From a virus (taxonomy: Duplodnaviria; Caudoviricetes): DNA of 64,000 bases. Shown here in pieces: positions 9,035 to 17,395 of this stretch. Position numbers and translations under genes: made by a program. Location of the stretch: positions 1 through 64,000 of the IMG/VR virus record IMGVR_UViG_3300020049_005939; one strand, written 5' to 3'. Position 1 is the stretch's first letter; every line of letters starts with the position of its first letter. The notes under the pieces are model-generated. The model was not told the DNA's origin and searched no databases. It saw only the letters and a program-made list of their open reading frames with translations.

Positions 9035-10569
9035 GTAATCCATTAATCTATGGGAAAAATCCTATTGAACGAGTTGTTTCTGTAGAACCTATGGATGATT
9101 ACTGTGAATTATTTATTGAGCATTCGGATCACATTGAATCGAAGATCGTACCACATAGGTATTGGATACTGTCTCATTCAGACTTAGGCGGATGCTCCAA
9201 GCTTAAAGGTAACCTTCACTATAAATACGGTAAACAGTTTACTCGCTGGAGTGACTATCTGAATTACAAAAAGAAGCACTACAACGCTGACACATATTTA
9301 TCTTTTGACTTTAAAGAAGCGTTCATGATTAAAGATGGGGTAACCTACTTCAAAGGTCTTACTCCTAAAGATGTTTCTATATTATCATTCGATTTAGAGA
9401 CAACATCACTTAGCCCTAATACCGATTCAGCAAAAGTCCTTCTCATTAGTACTACATATAGAAAGAACGATAAGATTGAAAGAAACTTATTTTGTTATGA
9501 TGAATATAATACTCAGGGTGATATGCTCGAAGCCTTTTGTGAATACGTTAGAGAGCTTAATCCATCTATTCTAACCGGCCATAATATAATGGGGTTCGAT
9601 CTTCAGTACCTACAAGGCATTGCTGATAAGGAAGGTATTAAGCTTCATTTAGGGAGAGATGGATCTGCCGCAAGATTTGATGAAAGAGAATCAAAGTTTC
9701 GCAAAGAAGCTGCTCAGTTTATTCATTTTAAGAAATGTAGAATTTACGGTAGAGAAATCATTGACACTATGTTCTTGTCTATTAACTATGATAGAGCAGC
9801 TCGCAAATATATAAGCTACGCTTTGAAAAGTATTATTAAACAAGAAGGTTTGGAAAAAGAAGACCGGACTTTCTACGACGCTAACAACATTCGTCATAAC
9901 TATAAAGATCCGGTTGAATGGGAAAAGATTAAAGAGTACTGTAAGGACGACTCTGACGATAGTTTAAAGCTGTTTGATTTAATGATTTCGCCATTCTTTT
10001 ATTTGACCCAATCAATTCCTAAGTCTTTTCAACAGATGAACGAGTCAGCTAGCGGATCGCAGCTAAACTCGATGCTAGTTAGATCATACCTACAGGATGG
10101 CCACAGTATTCCAAAGGCTGATGTTGCTGAAAAGTTTGAAGGTGCCATTTCACACGGTGTTCCCGGAATTTACACAAACGCCTTTAAGATTGACGTGGCT
10201 TCTTTGTATCCATCTATTATGCTTGAGTATGGAGTGTACTGTAAAGCAAAAGATCCTAATAAGAACTTTCTTAGTATTCTAGAGATTTTTACAACAGAGC
10301 GACTAAAGAATAAAAAACTGTTTAAAGAAACTAACGATGAGAAATACGATTACATCCAGAACGCGCAAAAGATTGTGATTAACAGTCTTTATGGATTTAT
10401 GGGAGCAGAAGGATTAAACTTCAACTACCCAGAAGGGGCAGCGTTTGTTACTAAGAAGGGAAGAGAAATCTTAGGACAAGCGATCGAATGGGCAACTGGA
10501 ATGAATTACAAGGATTGGAGAAACACCTTTGAAGAAAAAGAAGACGAAATCGAAGAAGAAGTTGTTTAG
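9031..10569 (+). CDS. polB: Family B DNA polymerase, N-terminal subunit (3'-5' exonuclease, motifs A and B)
   Basis: SFDLETT, GHNIMGFDLQYL, YCKDD, DVASLYPSIM, KIVINSLYGFMG; ends before motif C. Confidence 0.9.
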   Translation: MSNPLIYGKNPIERVVSVEPMDDYCELFIEHSDHIESKIVPHRYWILSHSDLGGCSKLKGNLHYKYGKQFTRWSDYLNYKKKHYNADTYLSFDFKEAFMIKDGVTYFKGLTPKDVSILSFDLETTSLSPNTDSAKVLLISTTYRKNDKIERNLFCYDEYNTQGDMLEAFCEYVRELNPSILTGHNIMGFDLQYLQGIADKEGIKLHLGRDGSAARFDERESKFRKEAAQFIHFKKCRIYGREIIDTMFLSINYDRAARKYISYALKSIIKQEGLEKEDRTFYDANNIRHNYKDPVEWEKIKEYCKDDSDDSLKLFDLMISPFFYLTQSIPKSFQQMNESASGSQLNSMLVRSYLQDGHSIPKADVAEKFEGAISHGVPGIYTNAFKIDVASLYPSIMLEYGVYCKAKDPNKNFLSILEIFTTERLKNKKLFKETNDEKYDYIQNAQKIVINSLYGFMGAEGLNFNYPEGAAFVTKKGREILGQAIEWATGMNYKDWRNTFEEKEDEIEEEVV

Positions 10570-10822
10570 TTGCTCTTACCTTGGTGTAAAATGCTGGGTT
10601 CTTGGTGATGCCTGTGCCACAGGGACTATTAGCCGAGTTCCAAGTACAATGATACCCCCCGCTAAGTTTGAAATATCTAGAATCTCTGATAAAGAAACTT
10701 CATATTATATAGATTTTGATGACTTTGAATTTAGTCCTCGCGTATCCGAGAAAACATTCAGAAAAGAATGGACTGAGCATAAACTTAAAGAGAAGCTATC
10801 AGAGGTATTTGATGAAACTTAA
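10529..10822 (+). CDS. Small protein with shared C-terminal helix; paralog of 46937-47215
   Basis: YLGVKCWVLGDAC; tail FRKEWTEHKLKEKLSEVFDET; start uncertain. Confidence 0.65.
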   Translation: MKKKKTKSKKKLFSCSYLGVKCWVLGDACATGTISRVPSTMIPPAKFEISRISDKETSYYIDFDDFEFSPRVSEKTFRKEWTEHKLKEKLSEVFDET

Positions 10823-11066
10823 ATGCGATTACACTAGTTATAAATGGTGGATGTTAAATGACCTAACCGGCTACACAGACCGACTTTATTTGGGTACTCC
10901 GACTAAGGTGAATACAACATGCCATACTAAATATTTTATTTCTATAGTAAGAGGCAAAAGAATATATGTCATTAATGGCATACCCACAACAAAAGAAGAA
11001 TTCTATAAACAATTTCGCGATGAACCTATTAGAATAATGAGAAAAATATTTGATGACAAGGATTAA
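10812..11066 (+). CDS. Small protein with degenerate shared tail
   Basis: YKWWMLND; tail EEFYKQFRDEPIRIMRKIFDD. Confidence 0.6.
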   Translation: MKLKCDYTSYKWWMLNDLTGYTDRLYLGTPTKVNTTCHTKYFISIVRGKRIYVINGIPTTKEEFYKQFRDEPIRIMRKIFDDKD

Positions 11067-11289
11067 ATACATCAAACACAAAGGATACACAGAATCTAAA
11101 CACTGGTATTTCCTTAATAACACCCTCTACAAGATCTATATCAATGATAACACTTTATATTTAAAATCTATGTCAAATCAATTGACTGTTATAGAAAAAG
11201 ATGTTACAATTAGTAAGGCTAAGAAATTAGCTAAAAAATATTTAATGGATAATAAAGTTAAATTTTATGATGGGATTAGATTAAAATGA
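11050..11289 (+). CDS. Hypothetical protein
   Basis: Coupled ORF. Confidence 0.55.
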   Translation: MMTRIKYIKHKGYTESKHWYFLNNTLYKIYINDNTLYLKSMSNQLTVIEKDVTISKAKKLAKKYLMDNKVKFYDGIRLK

Positions 11290-11594
11290 CTATCTTTCTT
11301 TACATCCTTGAGGGTATGTTTGCCTACACCCTAACGGCCTTAGTTATATTTGGATGGTTGACATATAAAGATCCTATGGATGAGAGGATAAACTATTTAT
11401 TGTCCTGGGTGTGGCCGATCACCTTTTCACTGGCTGTGCTTTTTTGGCTAGTAAAACCATTCAGTTTTGCTTTTACTAGTGTTCAAATCTGGGCGCAAGA
11501 GAAACGCAAACAAAGGGACCATTTCTTATCCTTATCTCCAGAAGAACAGTCTAGATATAAACTTCAAAAGAAATTAAAGAATAACTTTAAATGA
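11286..11594 (+). CDS. Membrane protein with shared C-terminal helix
   Basis: Two TM segments; tail RYKLQKKLKNNFK. Confidence 0.65.
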   Translation: MTIFLYILEGMFAYTLTALVIFGWLTYKDPMDERINYLLSWVWPITFSLAVLFWLVKPFSFAFTSVQIWAQEKRKQRDHFLSLSPEEQSRYKLQKKLKNNFK

Positions 11595-11881
11595 CACATC
11601 ATGAATTTGTATCAGCGGATATGCATACGTTAAGAGTAGCAACTAAAAACTATCCTAATGGTGTGCCTGCTTTTTATGAAAAACAAAACCTATATGAATT
11701 ACATACTAAATATCTCATACACACCTCTCTTCATTGCCCAGATAGCTGGGCAGTTAAAACTCCCTCTGGTTACGTTTCATATTGGCTTAATGGAAAACAA
11801 TGCATAACACCCGATGAAATTAATCCAATACTTGCAATGGAAAAAATGAAAGATGTGTTTTCGGACGTAGACGATGATTAA
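11591..11881 (+). CDS. Small protein with degenerate shared tail
   Basis: Tail MEKMKDVFSD. Confidence 0.6.
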   Translation: MTHHEFVSADMHTLRVATKNYPNGVPAFYEKQNLYELHTKYLIHTSLHCPDSWAVKTPSGYVSYWLNGKQCITPDEINPILAMEKMKDVFSDVDDD

Positions 11882-12287
11882 ACTAGAACCTAACACATTA
11901 GTTCAGTCTGCTTCAGGACATGAATGGAAATTCATTGAGTATTACGATGGTGACAAAGAGAAGTGGATGGACATGAAGACTGGACTAGTTTGGTATGATG
12001 TTGAGGATGGTATGATGAATCATCGTAAAGCTATTGAACTATTTAACACTGATGATAAACGATTGCCTACTAAAGAAGAGTGGGAAGAAGCAGAGAAGCA
12101 TGAAATTAGATTTGTATTACCTAATTTTGACAATATGTGGTTCTTGTCTTCGTCGGTTCACCCCGGCTTCTCCAATGTCGCCTACGTCTTCAGTGGGCGG
12201 GATGGCGACATCGTCACCGGCCTCCGTGACGTCGCCGGCTATTCGGTTCGTTGTATTTCGAGTAAATCGAAAAGGGCGCGGCGCTAG
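11874..12287 (+). CDS. DUF1566/C-type-lectin-fold protein, copy 2, DGR-like variable region at about 12129-12257
   Basis: DMKTGLVW, RLPTKEEW, FLSSS, AY.F.G, SVRC; no signal peptide. Confidence 0.8.
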   Translation: MIKLEPNTLVQSASGHEWKFIEYYDGDKEKWMDMKTGLVWYDVEDGMMNHRKAIELFNTDDKRLPTKEEWEEAEKHEIRFVLPNFDNMWFLSSSVHPGFSNVAYVFSGRDGDIVTGLRDVAGYSVRCISSKSKRARR

Positions 12288-12333
12288 CGTGGAATAATCA
12301 TAAGATGCTTAAGAAACTTAAGGATATCTTTTA

Positions 12334-12621
12334 ATGAAAAAAATGTTTTTATTTTTCAATACAATGAATAGATATAGAATAGTTGGAAACATTGTTCATA
12401 TATCTACCCCAAGAGAATCAAACAAAAAAGAACACCCATTATCCCGAGAATTATTTCGAGAAAGAGCATCTAAGATCTTTGTTGTTTGGAAATTTTTGTT
12501 CCCCGAATATGAATATAACGGAAAAAAAGTTTCTAGAGAAACCTTCAAAAAAGAACTAAAAAAATATACCGAGAAACAAAGATTAACACTAAAATTAATG
12601 AATTCTTTCGATGAAACTTAA
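12334..12621 (+). CDS. Small protein with shared C-terminal helix
   Basis: Tail FKKELKKY...RLTLKLMNSFDET. Confidence 0.6.
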   Translation: MKKMFLFFNTMNRYRIVGNIVHISTPRESNKKEHPLSRELFRERASKIFVVWKFLFPEYEYNGKKVSRETFKKELKKYTEKQRLTLKLMNSFDET

Positions 12622-12970
12622 ATACTTTAAATTAGCAAAAAAGATGTCCAAGTTTAGCACCCATTCCCAGCATCAATTGGGAGCGGTCATAGTTCGTAAA
12701 ACTCAAATAGTTGGGTTAGGTTTTAATCAAATTAAAACTCATAGCAAAAGCCCCCATCCATATAAGTCTATACACGCAGAGTTCTCTGCTATTCTCAATA
12801 GTGGAGAATCTGATCTAAAGAATCACGATATTTACATCTATAGAGAAAAGAAAGATGGAACACTGGGAGATTCTTTCCCTTGTACAGTTTGTCTTAAAAT
12901 GTTAACAGATCTTAACATAGGTAACATCTTTTACATTAAAAATAACCAATTTGAGAAGCATCGTGTATAA
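12611..12970 (+). CDS. Zn-dependent cytidine/dCMP-type deaminase
   Basis: LGAVIV, HAEFSAI, PCTVC. Confidence 0.85.
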   Translation: MKLKYFKLAKKMSKFSTHSQHQLGAVIVRKTQIVGLGFNQIKTHSKSPHPYKSIHAEFSAILNSGESDLKNHDIYIYREKKDGTLGDSFPCTVCLKMLTDLNIGNIFYIKNNQFEKHRV

Positions 12971-13238
12971 ATCGGGGTATTGTATAGATGGGTGGCATTC
13001 TAAGCGATATTACATATTTAATGACGTAATGCTCATTGGTAGAAAAATCCAAAGATCGGCTTTAGTCGCTTCTAATGCTACTCATTGGAGTGTCATTTAT
13101 GACAAGTATAATTGTTTTTTCTTAGTAAATGGAGTAACGGATAAAAAACACTTGACAAGAATTTCTATAAAAAAAGAGTTGCAAAATAGAAAACTTAAAC
13201 ATATACTCATAGATGTCTTTAAGGAGGACAAAGAATGA
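12951..13238 (+). CDS. Small protein with shared C-terminal helix
   Basis: Tail IKKELQNRKLKHILIDVFKED; start uncertain. Confidence 0.55.
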   Translation: MRSIVYKSGYCIDGWHSKRYYIFNDVMLIGRKIQRSALVASNATHWSVIYDKYNCFFLVNGVTDKKHLTRISIKKELQNRKLKHILIDVFKEDKE

Positions 13239-14308
13239 AACCAACTAAGATTTTTGATATGATGGATTTGGCAATGCGAGCAAGGGATTTGGGATTAACC
13301 TTTAACCCCCTTTTTGTGGGACCCCCGGGGTTAGGTAAGTCGGAGATTGTTCAACAATGGTGCGGTAAAGAGAAGATTCCATTTATTGATCTACGAGCTG
13401 CTCTTTTGGAAGCTCCCGATCTAATCGGCTTCCCTGTTGTAACAATGATCGCCGGTAGACAGACCACCGTACACGCTACGCCCGACTTTTGGCCTACAGA
13501 AGGCAGAGGAGTCATCTTCCTCGACGAAGTTAATAGGGGAACTACAAGCGTTATGAACTGCTTCATGCAGCTACTAACTGATCGTAAAGTTAAACAATAC
13601 ACCCTTCCACAAGGATGGGTTGTTGTTGCGGCCATTAACCCTGAAAACGCGGAGTATGACGTTAATACTATGGACCCAGCTCTTCGAGATCGATTTGAGC
13701 TATTTGAAGTATCTTATGATAAGTCTTCTTTCATGGAATTCATGAAGTCTAATGACTGGGATAAATCTGTAGTCAATTTTATCGAATCTAATGTGTGGCA
13801 ATACGTTCGACCAGAAGAGTTGAGCAATGTCCCTGGAGCTAAGTACCTATCTCCACGAACCTTCTCAAAGCTCAACACTGCGCTTAAAGCGGGTATTAAC
13901 TCTAAAGAAGATGAATTGATTATCTTTGAATCAGTTCTCGGACGAAATACAGGCTCTTCTTTCTTTCATTTTCGACATAACGAGTCTCCTGTGCTATTTA
14001 AAGACTTAGTTACCGATACTAAGAATGCTCTTAAGAAACTCAAGAAGTACAGCAATCCTGAGGATCTTAAGAATGGATACATCAGTGTTACTGTTAAGGA
14101 TATTATCGAGAATGATGGAGAACCAACTTTAATCACTGACGAACTGTTGATTGATATCCTTAAGATTATTCCTGCTGACCAAGCTCCCCAATTGGTATTG
14201 GACCTAGCCCTTAAACGCGGCGACCATAAAGGGGAAATCTTCGAACGACTTAAGAAAGATAAAGATCTTAAGAAGCTACTTTCTACTATACTTCACCATA
14301 AAGGGTAG
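13235..14308 (+). CDS. MoxR-like AAA+ ATPase
   Basis: GPPGLGKS, FLDEVNR, AAINP, MDPALRDRF. Confidence 0.9.
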   Translation: MKPTKIFDMMDLAMRARDLGLTFNPLFVGPPGLGKSEIVQQWCGKEKIPFIDLRAALLEAPDLIGFPVVTMIAGRQTTVHATPDFWPTEGRGVIFLDEVNRGTTSVMNCFMQLLTDRKVKQYTLPQGWVVVAAINPENAEYDVNTMDPALRDRFELFEVSYDKSSFMEFMKSNDWDKSVVNFIESNVWQYVRPEELSNVPGAKYLSPRTFSKLNTALKAGINSKEDELIIFESVLGRNTGSSFFHFRHNESPVLFKDLVTDTKNALKKLKKYSNPEDLKNGYISVTVKDIIENDGEPTLITDELLIDILKIIPADQAPQLVLDLALKRGDHKGEIFERLKKDKDLKKLLSTILHHKG

Positions 14309-14336
14309 TGTATAGTAATTGTATTGGAGGTAATTA

Positions 14337-15560
14337 ATGGAAGATCTAAAGGGAAGACAACTAGCATCTGCTATCTATAAACTGCTGAGTGATGAACCTT
14401 TCTATGGGGCATTCTTACAATCGTTAACTATTTTTTATAGTGAAATGGTTCCGACTGCCGCTATCTTTTTTGATAAACATTCTAAAGAATTTAAAATTAC
14501 TATCAATGATAAATTTTTTAATTCATTAGTGTTGGACGAAAAGGCTGGGGTTCTTCACCATGAGGTTCTTCATTTTGTTCATAAACACATGCTTCGTTTA
14601 TTCACAAGCGAATGTATGAATGATAGAAATGAAATGATGTTGAGAAATGTCGCCGCTGATATGGCAATTAATCAACAGATTAAAGTCTTACCTAAAGATT
14701 GTGTAGATTATAAAAAATGGAAACTTAAGTCGGGAGAAATTTTTCCACCCAACCAAACTTCTGAAACTTATTTAGATTTGCTTCGTAACAACAAAGAAGC
14801 CAATAAAGATAAGTTTAAGCAAAAAGGTGAAGATGGCGAGGATGGAGAACCAGGAGAAGGGGAAGGTGTTTTCGATAAACATTTCTACGATAGTCTTACT
14901 GACGAAGAAAAGCAAAAGTTTCTAGATGAATCTAAAAAACTGATTCAAAGAAGCATTGAGAAATTGAATCACGATTACTCAAAGGTGCCTCAATCCGTTA
15001 AAGATCTTCTACAAGACATTGATGGGATGAATACTAATATTAATTATAAACAGATTCTTAAGAATGCTATTAAGAAAACTGTGTCTTGCCAGGATAGGTC
15101 CAGCACATGGAAACGTCCAAACAAACGGTACGGAGTGTACTCCCCCGGAACAAAGCTTGGTAATCTACCGCAATTAGATTTCTATATTGACACTTCGGGT
15201 AGTATTTCTTACAAAGAACTTAGTTCATTTTTAAATATTATGAATGAGTTTTTGAAGGTTGGTGTAAGAACTTGCGATCTGTTCTTGTGGCATACGTCTG
15301 TATATAAACATAAGAAACATAAAAAAAATAACCCATTTAAAGAAAATGAAGTTGAAGCGGGTGGGACTGACATCAGCGAAGCGATGGCTTCTATTAAGAA
15401 ACGTAGACCCGACCTTGCCATTATTTTAACCGATGGATACTACGAGATGGCTAATGTGGCAATCGACTCTCAAGTAATCTTTATTATCTCCGAAGGAGGC
15501 AATATGAATCACCCATTAGCTAAAATTGGAAAGACTATTGGATTTGGTGGATTAAAATGA
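14337..15560 (+). CDS. Putative metallopeptidase-vWA domain protein (DUF2201-like), AAA partner
   Basis: HEVLH zincin motif; MIDAS residues DTSGS, GGTD, TDG. Confidence 0.85.
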   Translation: MEDLKGRQLASAIYKLLSDEPFYGAFLQSLTIFYSEMVPTAAIFFDKHSKEFKITINDKFFNSLVLDEKAGVLHHEVLHFVHKHMLRLFTSECMNDRNEMMLRNVAADMAINQQIKVLPKDCVDYKKWKLKSGEIFPPNQTSETYLDLLRNNKEANKDKFKQKGEDGEDGEPGEGEGVFDKHFYDSLTDEEKQKFLDESKKLIQRSIEKLNHDYSKVPQSVKDLLQDIDGMNTNINYKQILKNAIKKTVSCQDRSSTWKRPNKRYGVYSPGTKLGNLPQLDFYIDTSGSISYKELSSFLNIMNEFLKVGVRTCDLFLWHTSVYKHKKHKKNNPFKENEVEAGGTDISEAMASIKKRRPDLAIILTDGYYEMANVAIDSQVIFIISEGGNMNHPLAKIGKTIGFGGLK

Positions 15561-15955
15561 AAAAACTAGAGCCTAATACATTAGTTCAGTCTGTCTCTGG
15601 TCATCAATGGAAGTTCATTGAATATTACGATGGTAATAAAGAAAAGTGGATGGATGTGCAGACTGGACTAGTTTGGTATGATGTCGAAGACAAGTCAATG
15701 GATCATTATAAAGCTATTGAACTATTTAACACTGATGATAAACGATTACCAACTAGAGAAGAGTGGGAAGAAGCAGAGAAACATGAGATTAGATTTGTAT
15801 TACCTAATTTTAACGATAAGCGGTTCTGGTCTTCGTCGGTTCACCCCGACTACTCCTATTACGCCTACTACTTCGTTGGGCGCGGTGGAGGCTTCGGCCA
15901 CGGTGTTCGCGGCTTGGTCTACGACGGTTCGGGCCGTTGTGTGGGAAAACTATGA
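15557..15955 (+). CDS. DUF1566/C-type-lectin-fold protein, copy 3, DGR-like variable region at about 15812-15943
   Basis: DVQTGLVW, RLPTREEW, FWSSS, AY.F.G, GRC; high DNA identity to copy 2. Confidence 0.8.
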   Translation: MKKLEPNTLVQSVSGHQWKFIEYYDGNKEKWMDVQTGLVWYDVEDKSMDHYKAIELFNTDDKRLPTREEWEEAEKHEIRFVLPNFNDKRFWSSSVHPDYSYYAYYFVGRGGGFGHGVRGLVYDGSGRCVGKL

Positions 15956-16137
15956 AAAACACTATACTAGAATATAACACTGGTGAATATCTAGGTCAAC
16001 TTGGTGAGAATCGATTTCTCTTTACAAAAGGTTCCACTAACCATATACTATTTACAATGAAGTCAGAAAAAGAAATCCTTTTTGATTTAGCTAAAAAACA
16101 ATTAGAGGAAGTGTTTAATGATGAAGAAACTGATTAA
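15952..16137 (+). CDS. Small protein with degenerate shared tail
   Basis: Tail LAKKQLEEVFNDEE. Confidence 0.55.
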   Translation: MKNTILEYNTGEYLGQLGENRFLFTKGSTNHILFTMKSEKEILFDLAKKQLEEVFNDEETD

Positions 16138-16654
16138 GTATGGAATAGTATTTAAAGTATTTACCGCTATCTGTCTATTTCCAAACACTTCTTATCCTAG
16201 AGAGAAGAGTAACGAACTAAGTGTTGCATATGGATTGGGGGTATTTAACTCGGCTAAATCTTCGATTGCTGAAACTAAAACAGCTAATTTGGCTTATCGT
16301 TATTTTCTAGTCCCTGGAATTTACCTACAAAGTCGAGCAGGGTTTTGGGGTGATGGATCTAGAAATGAAAATAGACGCAGTAGTAGCTACGGATCATTAG
16401 GTCCAGGTATTGAGGTAGATCTTAAGCCGATTGAGCTTAGGAGTGGGTGGGGGGTAGCGTACATTAGTACTCCCGACAGTTTTTTAGGTGCCCGCATCCC
16501 TCAATTTAATGGCGATTTATACGTTGGAGTAAGGGATAAGAACTCTAATGGTATTGGGATGTCATATGGTCATATTTCCAATGCGGGAATTAAACCAGGG
16601 GTAGTTAATAAAGGTAGAGATTTCTTAGTTTTAGAAATATCTAAAAAGTGGTAA
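16118..16654 (+). CDS. pagL: PagL-like lipid A 3-O-deacylase / acyloxyacyl hydrolase outer-membrane barrel
   Basis: Signal peptide, alternating beta strands, HISNAGI...NKG motif, terminal aromatic W. Confidence 0.7.
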   Translation: MMKKLIKYGIVFKVFTAICLFPNTSYPREKSNELSVAYGLGVFNSAKSSIAETKTANLAYRYFLVPGIYLQSRAGFWGDGSRNENRRSSSYGSLGPGIEVDLKPIELRSGWGVAYISTPDSFLGARIPQFNGDLYVGVRDKNSNGIGMSYGHISNAGIKPGVVNKGRDFLVLEISKKW

Positions 16655-17050
16655 ATGAAACGTAAATACTACAAAGAAGACTTTATAGAATTAAAATTAC
16701 CTAACTTAAATTCTTTAAGGGGTTCAACTAAAAAACAAATGGGACCTATGGAAAAACTCCAAGATTGGTTTATTAAAGAAGTTGGATTAGAAACTGCTAG
16801 AGGTTCTTGGTTAAAGCTTCATCTCCGATTAGAAGAAGAAAAAAAGATTGACAAACTTACTTACAAGTATTGTAAATCTAAATACCCTTGGGTAACTAGA
16901 CAAGGTGCAAATTCAGCAGTGGCCATGTATAATCTACAACTTGCTCCCGCTAGTTTTTTATCAAACCCTAAATGGACCCGGAAGGGTTACGCTTATCTTA
17001 AAAAAGAACCAATTGATAAACTGAAAGAGGCATTTCCATATGAAGTATAA
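16655..17050 (+). CDS. Hypothetical protein
   Basis: 131-aa ORF. Confidence 0.6.
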   Translation: MKRKYYKEDFIELKLPNLNSLRGSTKKQMGPMEKLQDWFIKEVGLETARGSWLKLHLRLEEEKKIDKLTYKYCKSKYPWVTRQGANSAVAMYNLQLAPASFLSNPKWTRKGYAYLKKEPIDKLKEAFPYEV

Positions 17051-17279
17051 AGTAGTCTCCTTTAACGGCGAGCGTTGCTTACCCATTAAAAGTAAACCTC
17101 ATTTAGAAGATGCCCTAAAATTACAGGAAGATTACGGGTTATTTCATTTAACTCTTGACGAAGTTGCTGAAACATGGGAAACTTATTCAGAAGACTACTA
17201 CTGCGCTAGTTGGTTAGTCGATAATAAAGAATCAGTCGAAGAAGCCTTCGGCGTTCAATTGGAGGAAATTAAAGAATGA
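17040..17279 (+). CDS. Hypothetical protein
   Basis: W..YSEDYYCASWL pattern seen in small phage proteins. Confidence 0.6.
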   Translation: MKYKVVSFNGERCLPIKSKPHLEDALKLQEDYGLFHLTLDEVAETWETYSEDYYCASWLVDNKESVEEAFGVQLEEIKE

Positions 17280-17395
17280 AATTGTTTCTATATTTAATTA
17301 TTGTTACCAGTCTATGTGGGTGTGTTACACTAACCACACAAGATAAAGTTAATCCAAATCCACCTTTCTTTAAAGAAGGAAAGTATCAGCGATGA
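17276..17395 (+). CDS. Small lipoprotein (39 aa, below the ORF-track cutoff)
   Basis: MKLFLYLIIVTSLCGC lipobox-like signal; GGAGG upstream; overlaps both neighbours by ATGA. Confidence 0.6.
   Translation: MKLFLYLIIVTSLCGCVTLTTQDKVNPNPPFFKEGKYQR

Noticed and set aside
10500-10569. Split intein or trans-splicing intron at the polB break
   Set aside because: No Cys/Ser-start intein N fragment, no His-Asn end on the C half, and no group I/II core sequences near either end.
14284-14317. TACTATAC/GTATAGTA inverted repeat at the AAA stop codon
   Set aside because: AT-rich 8-bp stem with a long loop and no U-tract; insufficient support.
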